Origin: Clostridia bacterium
GTDB lineage: Bacteria; Bacillota; Clostridia; UBA1381
Direction of reading: 5' to 3'
DNA length: 52,238 nucleotides
NCBI GenBank assembly: GCA_036310525.1
Contig: JAXJRQ010000166.1
Span: forward strand, 1 to 52,238
Every line of letters begins with the position of its first letter. Within the stretch, counting starts at the first letter, position 1. The notes under the pieces are model-generated. The model was not told the origin of the DNA. It saw only the letters and a program-made list of their open reading frames with translations, and made no database searches. Positions 1 to 9,294 of the stretch are shown here, piece by piece. A program made the position numbers and the translations under genes.

Positions 1-1437
1 GACTACAGCAGTTATCTTTTCGGTGCAACATCTATTCTGAGCGCTGTTCTTATCATCATTGAGCTTAACCGTGATGAACAACCAATGTTTAAGCTGACAT
101 GGGTTTTGCTTGTTGCAGTAGTGCCAATATTCGGGGTATTGCTATATATTTATCTTCATGCAGGATTTATAACTTCAAATATCGAAAAGGCTCAGAAAAG
201 CACAAGAGAACGTATCCGTCCTTTTATAAATCAGGACGAGGAAATTATAGAGGCAATCAATGAATTTGACAGAAATGAAGGCGGACTTGTACGCTACCTT
301 TCAAAATGCGGCGGTTCTGCCGCATACGTAAACACGGATGTCAAATATTATCCTATAGGCGAAAAAATGCTTGACGCAATTATACGTGAATTAAAAAAAG
401 CAGAAAAGTTCATTTTTCTTGAATTTTTCATAATAAACCAATCAGGAACCATATGGCCCGAAATACTTGACATACTCAAACAAAAAGTCAAAAACGGCGT
501 TGAAGTACGGGTTCTGTACGACGCAATGGGATGTCTGACTACGCTTCCGAGAAACTATTTTCAAAAGCTTGAGTCGATGGGGATAAAATGCCGTGAATTT
601 TCACCTATTCAGCCGCTTTTATCAACACATCAGAATAACCGTGACCACCGCAAAATACTTGTTATAGACGGAAAAACAGCCTTTACGGGCGGAATAAATC
701 TTGCGGATGAATATGCAAATCTCATAGAGCGCTTCGGACACTGGAAGGATTCCGGCATACGATTAAGAGGTGAAGCTGTAGCCGGATTTACTTCTTTGTT
801 CCTCGAAATGTGGAACATAACCGAAAATGACAGCGAAGAGGATTTTGCAAAATATATTTCGTCCTCCGAACAACATTCCACATCGGGCGAGGGCATAGTG
901 ATACCGTACGGCGATAGTCCGCACGATAAAGAATACATCGGAAAGCAAGTTTATACTTATATGATTAATAATGCCGCAAAATATTTCTATATTGCAACAC
1001 CGTATCTGGTAGTTGACAACGAAATATTCGAGGCATTGAAATTTGCCGTGCACAGAGGTGTTGATGTAAAAATCATAATGCCGCATATTCCCGATAAAAA
1101 ATATGCGTTCTGGCTCGGCAGAACATATTATCCCGAGCTTTTAAAGGCAGGAGTTGAAATTTACGAATACGCACCCGGATTTGTGCACTCAAAGCTTGCA
1201 GTCAGCGATAATCTGCGTGCAGTAGTGGGTACAATTAACTTAGATTTTCGAAGTCTGTATCTGCATTATGAATGTGCGGCATACATGATTGGTGCAAAAG
1301 CAATCGCTGACATAGAAGCAGACTATAAGCAAACACTTAATTCATGCATACGCATTACCATGGATGAATACAAGCAGTTTCCGCTTTACACCAAGCTTAT
1401 CGGAAAAATGATGCGTCTGGTAGCACCATTGATATAA
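1..1437 (+). CDS. cls: Cardiolipin synthase (PLD superfamily), 5'-truncated by the window edge
   Basis: Frame 1 is open from base 1 (DYSSYLFGATSILSAVLIIIELNRDEQP precedes the ATG at 85), so the true start lies upstream. Two HxKxxxxD motifs are present (HRKILVIDG, HSKLAVSDN). There is an N-terminal TM helix. Confidence 0.9.
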   Translation, partial: DYSSYLFGATSILSAVLIIIELNRDEQPMFKLTWVLLVAVVPIFGVLLYIYLHAGFITSNIEKAQKSTRERIRPFINQDEEIIEAINEFDRNEGGLVRYLSKCGGSAAYVNTDVKYYPIGEKMLDAIIRELKKAEKFIFLEFFIINQSGTIWPEILDILKQKVKNGVEVRVLYDAMGCLTTLPRNYFQKLESMGIKCREFSPIQPLLSTHQNNRDHRKILVIDGKTAFTGGINLADEYANLIERFGHWKDSGIRLRGEAVAGFTSLFLEMWNITENDSEEDFAKYISSSEQHSTSGEGIVIPYGDSPHDKEYIGKQVYTYMINNAAKYFYIATPYLVVDNEIFEALKFAVHRGVDVKIIMPHIPDKKYAFWLGRTYYPELLKAGVEIYEYAPGFVHSKLAVSDNLRAVVGTINLDFRSLYLHYECAAYMIGAKAIADIEADYKQTLNSCIRITMDEYKQFPLYTKLIGKMMRLVAPLI

Positions 1438-1441
1438 ACAC

Positions 1442-1474
1442 AAAAAGGAACGTTCAGAATGAACGTTCCTTTTT
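1442..1474. terminator. Bidirectional rho-independent terminator between convergent cls and the SDR gene
   Basis: Perfect 15-bp stem aaaaaggaacgttca / tgaacgttccttttt with a 3-nt loop. A-run and T-run flanks allow use on both strands. Confidence 0.7.
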
Positions 1475-1487
1475 GTGTAATGTCCAT

Positions 1488-2264
1488 TTATTGCGGAATA
1501 ACAGGATAAAGCTGAATAGTATTACCGCCGTCAACAACAAGCTCTGCACCCGTTGTATTTCTTGCATGCGCCGCAAAATACCATATTGCGTCTGCGACGT
1601 CCTCGCCTACCGCAACATCACCCAGCGGTGTATATCTTGACGGAACACTTGCGTAAAATTCAGGATTTTTCTCCCATCTGTCGGTCTTTATCATACCCGG
1701 CAAAACTGCGTTCACGCGGATATTGTACTTACCCAAATCAAGTGCCATTGCACGCATCATGCCGAGCTGACCGCCCTTTGAAGCGGAATATGCAATTCTG
1801 TTGGGAATTGCTCTGTATGCAGTGTTCGAGTTTACAAATACGATATTTCCGCCACCGTTTTTAATCATGCGCTTTGCCGCATGCTCTGAAAGGCAGTAGT
1901 TCCAGACCATATTTATATTTATTACACGCATAAAATCCGTAAGCGGATTTTCAAATGCCGTAATTCCGAGTCCCTGGTCTGCCGCATTAAGAACGAGTGT
2001 TTCCACAAACAGTCCCTGTTTATCTATGTCATCAAACATCTCTTCAACAGCTTTTTCGTTAACCGTTCTTTCGTCTATAAGCGAATCAATCTGATAGCCG
2101 ACAATCGTCACATCGCCAAACTTCTCTCTGTAGCTTTTCTGAGCCGCCTTTACCTTTTCAGCGTCTCTTCCGGTGAATATAACATTATATCCCTCTGATG
2201 CAAATTTTTCTACTATTGCAACGCCCGTATTTATACAAGCGCCCGTTATAAGTACTGTTTTCAT
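1488..2264 (-). CDS. Short-chain dehydrogenase/reductase (SDR) family oxidoreductase
   Basis: N-terminal Rossmann motif TGACINTGVAIV and catalytic YSASK (YxxxK). Lies 18 nt downstream of the dehydratase gene, so likely co-transcribed. Confidence 0.85.
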   Translation of the reverse strand: MKTVLITGACINTGVAIVEKFASEGYNVIFTGRDAEKVKAAQKSYREKFGDVTIVGYQIDSLIDERTVNEKAVEEMFDDIDKQGLFVETLVLNAADQGLGITAFENPLTDFMRVININMVWNYCLSEHAAKRMIKNGGGNIVFVNSNTAYRAIPNRIAYSASKGGQLGMMRAMALDLGKYNIRVNAVLPGMIKTDRWEKNPEFYASVPSRYTPLGDVAVGEDVADAIWYFAAHARNTTGAELVVDGGNTIQLYPVIPQ

Positions 2265-2281
2265 TTATATATCCCTCTCAA

Positions 2282-3442
2282 TTAAAAATAAAATTCCGTT
2301 TTAGCAGGTCTTATGTCGGTAAGTGCACCTGTATAGTGTCTTAATGTATGCACCTGATAGGGATGCTTCATACATGCTTCCTCGTTAATTTCTATGCCAA
2401 GACCCGGCTTATCGGGGATTGAGATATAGCCGTCACTGTATTCAAGGCTCTCGTTTGTGACTTCCTTTCTCCAGTCAACATCCGAATACATAATTTCAAG
2501 TATGCAGAAGTTAGGACAGTTAGCCGCAAGCTGCAATGTTGCCGCATTGGCAACAGGACCCGACGGATTGTGCGGTGCAAACGGAATATATCTGCATTCT
2601 GCCTCTGCCGCAATCTTTTTAAGCTCCATAATACCGCCTGCATGCGAAATATCCGGCTGAATATAGTCTGCAGCCATCTTGTCAAACATTGGCTTGTAGT
2701 CCCATCTTGTATAAAGTCTTTCACCTGCACTGATTGCAACGGGCGACTTGTCCTTAACCGCCTTTAATGCGTCGAGATTATCGGGTGGAACGGGTTCTTC
2801 AAAGAACATCGGCTTAAACTGCTCAAGCTCCTTTGCAATTTTGATACCTGTAGGAATATTAAATCTTCCATGACCCTCAATAAGCAAATCAACCTCATTG
2901 CCGACAGCCTCACGTACAGCCGCCACACATCTTAAAGCCTTATCAAGCTCCTTATTTGAAATATCAAGATAATTTTTGCCGAACGGATCCCATTTCATTG
3001 CGGTAACTCCTCTTTCAACCGCAATCTTAGCCTTTTCGCCAAATTCTTCAGGCTCTTTTGCGCCTGCAAACCAACCGTTGACGTAAATTCTCACCTTGTC
3101 ATTCACCTTACCGCCGTGAAGCTGATAAACGGGAACATTAAGACTTTTACCGAGAATATCCCACAAAGCCATTTCCACAGCCGACAAAGCCGACATAAGC
3201 ACAGGACCGCCTCTCCAGTATGCATCACGGTATATGTCATGCCAGTGCTTTTCAATATCAAGCGGATTTTTGCCCACAAGATATTCCTTGATATGCTCTA
3301 CAGCGCCAATAAGTGCTTTTTCCTTATATTCAAGAGTTGCTTCACCCACTCCGTCAATTCCTTCATCGGTGTATACCTTTACAAACACCCAGTTTGTACG
3401 GAAACAGTCAACCGCAAAGGTTTTTATATCTGTTACTTTCAT
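2282..3442 (-). CDS. Enolase-superfamily enzyme (mandelate racemase/muconate lactonizing family, sugar-acid dehydratase-like)
   Basis: MKVTDIKTF...DGVGEAT capping domain and the barrel-domain acidic ligand pattern (LLIEGHGRF, FFEEP). Start moved from 3472 to the ATG at 3442, which has an AGGGAG RBS 6 nt upstream. Confidence 0.85.
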   Translation of the reverse strand: MKVTDIKTFAVDCFRTNWVFVKVYTDEGIDGVGEATLEYKEKALIGAVEHIKEYLVGKNPLDIEKHWHDIYRDAYWRGGPVLMSALSAVEMALWDILGKSLNVPVYQLHGGKVNDKVRIYVNGWFAGAKEPEEFGEKAKIAVERGVTAMKWDPFGKNYLDISNKELDKALRCVAAVREAVGNEVDLLIEGHGRFNIPTGIKIAKELEQFKPMFFEEPVPPDNLDALKAVKDKSPVAISAGERLYTRWDYKPMFDKMAADYIQPDISHAGGIMELKKIAAEAECRYIPFAPHNPSGPVANAATLQLAANCPNFCILEIMYSDVDWRKEVTNESLEYSDGYISIPDKPGLGIEINEEACMKHPYQVHTLRHYTGALTDIRPAKTEFYF

Positions 3443-3593
3443 TTTTTCTCCCTTCTTCCCCATACAGGACAATACAATTTTAAAAAAACTGTATATACTT
3501 TGAATTTATACTTGTATTTTATAGGAATATATGTTAAAATAATAGCCACTATATTACTTTCTATTTTAGAAATCTTACTTTAGGAGAAGAAAA

Positions 3594-4379
3594 ATGATAG
3601 AGCTTATACAAGCCGGAATTTTTGACAGTTCTCATATTTTCACACCCGAAGGAGATACTCCCGAGCGTGAAACGAATTTTTACGAAATAGAACTGTATAT
3701 TTCGGGAGCAGGTAAAACGTACATTAATTCGGAATCATATCCGCACAGTAAGGGAAATCTTATTTTTGTGAAGCCGGGACAAAAGCGCCACAGCCGAAAT
3801 AAGTTTATATGTCTTTATGTGCGCCTTGATATAAAGCATGAAACCGCAAAGCTTTTAAGGAATATTCCGCCCGTTACCAAAGTGACAAATTATACCGTTT
3901 ATGAACGATGCTTTACTGATATAATGCGTCTGTATGAGAGCGGTAATGATAATCAGGAGTTGCTGATACAAAGTAAGCTCTATGAGCTTCTTGACATGAT
4001 TTTAAAGGACAGTGTTATGAGCTCACGTGCGCAAAATTCAGGTTGTAAAATTGCACCCGAAACAATTCGTGAAGCGATAGATTTTATTAATGAACATTAT
4101 TTCGAGCATCTGACGCTTAAGGATATTGCTCAAAGCGTAAGCTTCAGTCCGATTTATTTTCATAATGCATTCACCGCCTATGTAGGCAAAACACCTCATG
4201 CGTTTTTGTCCGAAAAACGGCTTGAAACTGCAAAAATGTATCTTTTAACAAGCGATTACACTCTTGATGAAATTTCTGATAAATGTGGTTTTTCATCACA
4301 TTCATACTTTGATTACCATTTTAAAAAAGCATACGGGATTACGCCGTCACAATTCAGAAAGAGAAAATATACTTTATAA
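3594..4379 (+). CDS. AraC-family transcriptional regulator, divergent from the dehydratase/SDR operon
   Basis: N-terminal cupin-like sensor and C-terminal double HTH (LTLKDIAQSVSFSPIYFHNAF...GFSSHSYFDYHFKKAYGITPSQFR). Confidence 0.85.
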   Translation: MIELIQAGIFDSSHIFTPEGDTPERETNFYEIELYISGAGKTYINSESYPHSKGNLIFVKPGQKRHSRNKFICLYVRLDIKHETAKLLRNIPPVTKVTNYTVYERCFTDIMRLYESGNDNQELLIQSKLYELLDMILKDSVMSSRAQNSGCKIAPETIREAIDFINEHYFEHLTLKDIAQSVSFSPIYFHNAFTAYVGKTPHAFLSEKRLETAKMYLLTSDYTLDEISDKCGFSSHSYFDYHFKKAYGITPSQFRKRKYTL

Positions 4380-4380
4380 A

Positions 4381-4425
4381 AACAACCTTTTCAGACAAAT
4401 TATCTGAAAAGGTTGTTTTTTATTT
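4381..4425 (+). terminator. Rho-independent terminator after the AraC gene
   Basis: 15-bp stem aacaaccttttcaga / tctgaaaaggttgtt (4381-4395 and 4404-4418) followed by a T-run. Confidence 0.7.
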
Positions 4426-4636
4426 TTTTCACTGCAAATATTGTCAAACAAATACTCAGCAAACTATTCAAAGCCAAAACAGTATATATCATAAAACTAT
4501 GCCCAGACATTTCAAAGCTTTCTATAATTCCCGATATACATACCGACATTATCAAAATCTCTGCGGTAATTACCATTATACATAAAATCTTTATCACCGT
4601 AAGTAAAACCCTGATAATACGATACCGATTATTCAT
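4400..4636 (-). CDS. Small two-TM membrane protein of unknown function
   Basis: 78-aa ORF with an AGGAGG RBS 6 nt upstream of the ATG and two clear hydrophobic helices. Divergent from the XRE gene. No recognisable family by eye. Confidence 0.5.
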   Translation of the reverse strand: MNNRYRIIRVLLTVIKILCIMVITAEILIMSVCISGIIESFEMSGHSFMIYTVLALNSLLSICLTIFAVKKIKNNLFR

Positions 4637-4748
4637 GCTCTGCCTCCTTGTATTTTATGTCCTTTACGAGAATAATAAAATTATACTCTATATATCGACA
4701 ATTGTCAATTATTAGAGCATATTTTATTATATAATTGAGGTGCAGACT

Positions 4749-4955
4749 ATGATTTCTTATGAACCATTTTATAAAACATTAAAAGAAAAAAATATTTCAA
4801 CATATAAGCTGATTAATACTTATAATGTCAGCCGCAGTTTGCTTGACAGACTGAAGCACAACAAGCCTATCAGTACGGTGACACTTAACGATTTATGCTC
4901 TTTTCTCGAATGCAGGGTTGAGGATATTCTAATGTATACTGAAGATAAAAAATAA
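4749..4955 (+). CDS. XRE/Cro-type helix-turn-helix transcriptional regulator (small)
   Basis: Sequence is MISYEPFYKTLKEKNISTYKLINTYNVSRSLLDRLKHNKPISTVTLNDLCSFLECRVEDIL. Start set at ATG 4749 (GAGGT RBS 7 nt upstream) rather than the GTG at 4740. Confidence 0.75.
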   Translation: MISYEPFYKTLKEKNISTYKLINTYNVSRSLLDRLKHNKPISTVTLNDLCSFLECRVEDILMYTEDKK

Positions 4956-4980
4956 CAAGTCCACGGCTTGTTATTTTTTC
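4951..4980 (+). terminator. Rho-independent terminator
   Basis: Stem aataacaag / cttgttatt with a 7-nt loop, then TTTTT. Confidence 0.6.
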
Positions 4981-5040
4981 TTGCATTAATGCCAAATATG
5001 GGATATAATTAATATATTGTATAAAATAAATTGTAATTTA

Positions 5041-5345
5041 TCGGCTGGTTAAATTTCTGCATCTCACTATTTTGCAAGGCTCGAAGTACCTGAGTACGTC
5101 GTCGCCTTTCAAAACGGTAATTTGCAAAAATTTTCCTCAGCCGAGCGGCTGTTGCAATGATGATTGTGGGGGCGATTCACGAATCGCCCGTATTTCGGGA
5201 CATTCGTGAATGTCCCCTATGGCGGTAAATTGTATACAGTTGCAAACAATTATATTTGTAGGGACCGGCCTCCGGACGGTCCGTGTAAAATTAACCATAA
5301 ACGGACAGTCGAGGACGCCTGTCCCTACGGCGTGATAATTGTTTA
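5041..5345. repeat. Hairpin-dense palindromic repeat region (REP/MITE-like or structured RNA)
   Basis: Perfect hairpins gggcgattc-ac-gaatcgccc (5170-5189) and gggacattc-gt-gaatgtccc (5197-5216). Outer stem gtagggac (5258-5265) / gtccctac (5321-5328) encloses ggaccg..cggtcc and ggacag..ctgtcc hairpins. Further inverted repeats lie at 5041-5150. GC content is locally much higher than the surroundings. Confidence 0.6.
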
Positions 5346-5390
5346 AATCACCGCTAAATTACAATTTAATCTCAAAAAAAGGAGCACAGC

Positions 5391-6542
5391 ATGAACGAAA
5401 TATCGCAAATTACAGAAGAAATATTAAGCGATTCACTTATCAAGGCAGTTTTAAGCAAGCCCTCTGCAAAATCAGCTGAATTCAAAAAAATCGTAATAAC
5501 TCGCAAAAAAAGCGGCTATCAGGCTGAAAAATTCACCGAGAAGCAAGCATTTCACGAAAACATGAACGAAGCCGCCATAATGCAATTTTTAGTTCATCAT
5601 ACGGGAACTGATTTTCTGCAGTTAAATGCATGGACAAAAAGCTTTGAATATATCGTACTCATTTCAAAAAAGGGTAAAATCACATGCAAGCGAAAAGCAG
5701 TGGAAAATACACACACTCCCACTGATACACACAACAAAGAAAAAAACTACATTATAGCAGAAGGTACAGTCGTTCCTCCCCTTGTTGACATAGGTATATT
5801 CACAAAGGAAGGCAAGGTTGTCCGCTCAATGTACGACAAGTTCAGGCAGATAAACCGTTTTGTTGAGATTATTGATGATGCAGTAAAAAACAACAGCTTC
5901 ACGCATTTAAACATAATAGATTTCGGATGCGGAAAATCATATCTGACATTTATTCTTTATTACTATTTCACCGAAATCAAGCATATAGATGTAAATATTA
6001 CAGGTCTTGACCTTAAAGAAGATGTGATTAAAAGCTGTAACGAAGCGGCAAAGAAATACGGATATTCAAATCTGCATTTTGAGCTCGGAGACATAAACGG
6101 ATATAAATGCACCGATACAATTGACATGGTTATCACACTTCACGCCTGCGATACTGCAACCGATTATGCACTTTTTAACGCAATATGCTGGGATGCAAAA
6201 ATGATATTTTCCGTACCGTGCTGTCAGCATGAGGTTAATTCACAAATAAAGTCCGACAGGCTTTCGATACTTACAGAATACGGAATAATCAAGGAGCGCA
6301 CCTCGGCTCTTATAACAGATGCAATCCGTGGAAATCTTCTGCAAACGCAAGGCTATAAAACGCAGATTATGGAATTTATTGATATGGCGCATACACCGAA
6401 AAATATACTTATACGTGCAATAAAACGCCCCATTTCTGCACAAGCTAAGCAAAAAGCACTTACAGAGGCTGAAAATATTATAGAAGAATTCAATCTTTCA
6501 CCGACATTATACAGAATATTAAAAGAGAAAGGAAATATATAA
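5391..6542 (+). CDS. Class I SAM-dependent methyltransferase with an N-terminal domain of unknown function
   Basis: Motif I IIDFGCGKSYLT and acidic motif II (ITGLDL). AGGAG RBS upstream. Confidence 0.8.
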   Translation: MNEISQITEEILSDSLIKAVLSKPSAKSAEFKKIVITRKKSGYQAEKFTEKQAFHENMNEAAIMQFLVHHTGTDFLQLNAWTKSFEYIVLISKKGKITCKRKAVENTHTPTDTHNKEKNYIIAEGTVVPPLVDIGIFTKEGKVVRSMYDKFRQINRFVEIIDDAVKNNSFTHLNIIDFGCGKSYLTFILYYYFTEIKHIDVNITGLDLKEDVIKSCNEAAKKYGYSNLHFELGDINGYKCTDTIDMVITLHACDTATDYALFNAICWDAKMIFSVPCCQHEVNSQIKSDRLSILTEYGIIKERTSALITDAIRGNLLQTQGYKTQIMEFIDMAHTPKNILIRAIKRPISAQAKQKALTEAENIIEEFNLSPTLYRILKEKGNI

Positions 6543-7978
6543 TGAAAGTTTTAGAAAATATTGAACCAAAGAAAGTAATGGAATACTTTGAAATATTATC
6601 CACTATACCACATGGTTCGGGAAATACAAAGGTAATCAGTGACTATTGTGTTAAATACGCTAAGGAGCACGGATTTGAATATCATCAGGATGATTCAAAC
6701 AACGTGATTATTATATGTCCCCCAACAACAGGCTACGAAAACGCACCCGCAGTAATTATTCAGGGACATCTTGACATGGTATGTGAAAAGGATGCAAATG
6801 TTGATTTTGACTTTACGAAAGACGCATTAAAGCTTATGGTTGACGGAGACTATGTCACCGCTGATGGTACAACACTTGGCGCAGATGACGGAATTGCAGT
6901 TGCAATGGCACTCGCTCTTATGGACGACACCTCAATACCACACCCGAAACTTGAAGCCGTATTCACCGTTGACGAAGAAATAGGCCTCCTTGGCGCAACT
7001 GCAATTGATTTATCAATGCTTGAGGGTAAAATGCTTATTAATATAGACAGTGAGATTGAAGGAATACTTACCGTAAGCTGTGCAGGCGGTTCAACCACAA
7101 AAAGCATTATTCCCGTAAATTCAGGCAAAGCCACGGGAAACATTTATAAGCTTACAATTGACGGACTTTCAGGCGGTCACAGCGGTGTTGAAATCGACAA
7201 AAACCGTGCAAATGCAAATATACTTATGGGACGTCTTCTTTATGCCCTTTGCGAACAATCTGACATTAAAATCTGTGAGCTTGAGGGCGGTATGAAGGAT
7301 AACGCAATTCCTGCTTTATCAAGTGCTGTTATAATATCAGACACAGATATTTCAGCTATTGTGAAGGAATATGACCTGATATTTAAAAACGAATACAAAA
7401 CAAGCGACAGCGGTGTTCGTGTTCAGGCGCAATTCTTAGGAAACTATCAGCGAAATGCGCTCGATAAAAAAAGCACAAAAAAAGTCATTTCCTATCTTGT
7501 AAGCGTACCAAACGGTATACAGAGAATGAGCGCCGAAATTGAGGGTCTTGTGCAGACCTCATTAAACCTCGGAATACTGAAGCTTACCCCCGAAAGCATG
7601 AACGCCTCATACTCTGTAAGAAGCTCTGTAGGGACAGAAAAATCCGCACTAAACACAAAAATTACCGCAATTACCGAAGCACTCGGAGGTACTGTTGAAA
7701 TAAGCGGCGAGTACCCTGCATGGGAGTATAATCCTAATTCAAAGCTGCGTGATATTATGGCAGAGGTTTATAGGGAAATGTACGATAAGGAAATTAAAAT
7801 CGAAGCAATACATGCCGGACTTGAATGCGGCGTGTTCTGTGGCAAAATAAGCGGTCTTGACTGCGTTTCTCTCGGTCCCGATTTACCCGAAATTCATACT
7901 CCTCGTGAAAGAATGAGTATATCGTCCGTACAACGTGTATGGAAGTATCTGCTTGAAGTTTTAAAGAGAATTAATTAA
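6542..7978 (+). CDS. pepD: Aminoacyl-histidine (Xaa-His) dipeptidase, M20 family
   Basis: FEILSTIPHGSGN and IIQGHLDMVCEK are typical of PepD, with a conserved M20 C-terminus (IHAGLECG). Start overlaps the upstream stop (ATAATG). Confidence 0.9.
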   Translation: MKVLENIEPKKVMEYFEILSTIPHGSGNTKVISDYCVKYAKEHGFEYHQDDSNNVIIICPPTTGYENAPAVIIQGHLDMVCEKDANVDFDFTKDALKLMVDGDYVTADGTTLGADDGIAVAMALALMDDTSIPHPKLEAVFTVDEEIGLLGATAIDLSMLEGKMLINIDSEIEGILTVSCAGGSTTKSIIPVNSGKATGNIYKLTIDGLSGGHSGVEIDKNRANANILMGRLLYALCEQSDIKICELEGGMKDNAIPALSSAVIISDTDISAIVKEYDLIFKNEYKTSDSGVRVQAQFLGNYQRNALDKKSTKKVISYLVSVPNGIQRMSAEIEGLVQTSLNLGILKLTPESMNASYSVRSSVGTEKSALNTKITAITEALGGTVEISGEYPAWEYNPNSKLRDIMAEVYREMYDKEIKIEAIHAGLECGVFCGKISGLDCVSLGPDLPEIHTPRERMSISSVQRVWKYLLEVLKRIN

Positions 7979-7980
7979 AA

Positions 7981-8012
7981 AAGTCGTCCTGTACAGCTGT
8001 ACAGGACGACTT
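7981..8012. terminator. Bidirectional terminator (perfect 32-nt palindrome)
   Basis: aagtcgtcctgtacag / ctgtacaggacgactt flanked by A-run and T-run, between convergent pepD and the small Cys-rich ORF. Confidence 0.75.
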
Positions 8013-8014
8013 TT

Positions 8015-8191
8015 TTAATTTTGTTTACGTACTATAGTATATTCATCACCCATCCGAAAATACCGACAGTCCTTTACTTTACCCGTTACGAAGCTGTACA
8101 TTTCATCTTCATCAAGCTCCATCAGGCAAACGTAACATTCAAATTCATCATCATATTCATAGTTAAGACAATATTCGCAATTAGCTTTCAT
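8015..8191 (-). CDS. Small acidic Cys-rich (CxxC...CxxC) protein, immediately downstream of xerD
   Basis: MKANCEYCLNYEYDDEFECYVCLMELDEDE...CRYF. The ATG at 8191 has a GAGGTG RBS that starts 2 nt after the xerD stop. The TTG at 8203 in the track is rejected as the start. Confidence 0.55.
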   Translation of the reverse strand: MKANCEYCLNYEYDDEFECYVCLMELDEDEMYSFVTGKVKDCRYFRMGDEYTIVRKQN

Positions 8192-8203
8192 AACGCACCT
8201 CAA

Positions 8204-9091
8204 CTATGCTCTCGGATGCGCCTTTTCGTAAACATCCTTTATTCTGCTGTTCATCAGTCTCGAATATACCTGAGTTGAGGAAATGTCGGCATGTCCCATC
8301 ATTTCCTGAATAGCATGTAAATCTGCACCATTTTCCACAAGATGCGCCGCAAAGGAGTGTCTTAATGTATGCGGAGTGATTTCATGTTCAATTCCGGCAG
8401 TTTTCTGATAATGCTTAATAAGCTTCCAGAAACCCTGACGTGAAAGTCTAACACCGCTGCAGTTTACAAAAAGTGCTTTTTCATCCTCAGACTTTATCAT
8501 GACACCTCTGACCTTATCAAGATATTCACTTAGCGCTCTGTGCGCAGTATTGCCCATAGGTACAATTCTTTCCTTTTTTGCACTTCTGCAACGGATAAAC
8601 TTCATCGAAAGATTAACATCGGTCACATCAAGGTTAATCAACTCGGATACACGTATTCCCGTAGCATAAAGAAGCTCAAGCATAGCCTTGTCACGTATGC
8701 CCTTGTTTTCTGTGCATACCGGTTGCTCCAGCAAAAGCTCAACCTCTCTGCCCGACATCACCTGCGGCAGTTTTTTCTGCACAGGCGGTGCCTCAAGATT
8801 TGAAGTGGGATCAACGCTTGCGTTTCCGTTTTGTATCATAAATATGTAAAATGAACGCAGCGACGCCAGCGTTCTTGAAACGGTTGATGCCGCTCTTCCC
8901 TGCTTTTGCAGTGAAAGCAGATACGACAGTACAGTTGTTTTTGTTGCCGCTGATAAATCCGTTATTCCCGTCTGATTAAGATATGTAACATACTGACGTA
9001 TATCTCTTCCGTATGATTCAACAGTATTCAGTGATTTATGGCGCACATTTGCCATAAAGCTTGCGTATTCATTAATGCATGTTTCCAGCAC
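8204..9091 (-). CDS. xerD: Tyrosine site-specific recombinase XerD/XerC family
   Basis: C-terminal catalytic region HTLRHSFAAHLVENGADLHAIQEMMGHADISSTQVY (R..HxxR..Y) and an N-terminal SAM-like core-binding domain. Adjacency to spoIIM mirrors the Bacillus ripX neighbourhood. Confidence 0.8.
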   Translation of the reverse strand: MLETCINEYASFMANVRHKSLNTVESYGRDIRQYVTYLNQTGITDLSAATKTTVLSYLLSLQKQGRAASTVSRTLASLRSFYIFMIQNGNASVDPTSNLEAPPVQKKLPQVMSGREVELLLEQPVCTENKGIRDKAMLELLYATGIRVSELINLDVTDVNLSMKFIRCRSAKKERIVPMGNTAHRALSEYLDKVRGVMIKSEDEKALFVNCSGVRLSRQGFWKLIKHYQKTAGIEHEITPHTLRHSFAAHLVENGADLHAIQEMMGHADISSTQVYSRLMNSRIKDVYEKAHPRA

Positions 9092-9294
9092 GTAAATGCT
9101 CCTCTCATATGTTGTGTATATATAATATTAAGTGATAATCAAATATTTCAAATAAATCTATACGTTTTCCATAGTATTTCTTAATTGTTACAATTTGAAG
9201 TCAACATAACTATTATACCACATTTTTTTAATTTGTATAGTCTTTTTTGAAAAAAATATTTTATAAATTATTCTTTTTATGTAATTTATATGTA

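Noticed and set aside
5164-5346. 60-aa ORF (MWGRFTNRPYFGTFVNVPYGG...) as a protein-coding gene
   Set aside because: It has no RBS. Its sequence is a read-through of consecutive perfect palindromes, so the peptide reflects hairpin symmetry (GRFTNRPY / GTFVNVPY). It is better explained as a repeat or structured element.
8204-9091. Tyrosine recombinase as a phage or ICE integrase marking a mobile element
   Set aside because: There is no adjacent tRNA, att-like direct repeat, excisionase, or phage or conjugation gene. Its size, its motifs and its adjacency to spoIIM fit the housekeeping XerD.
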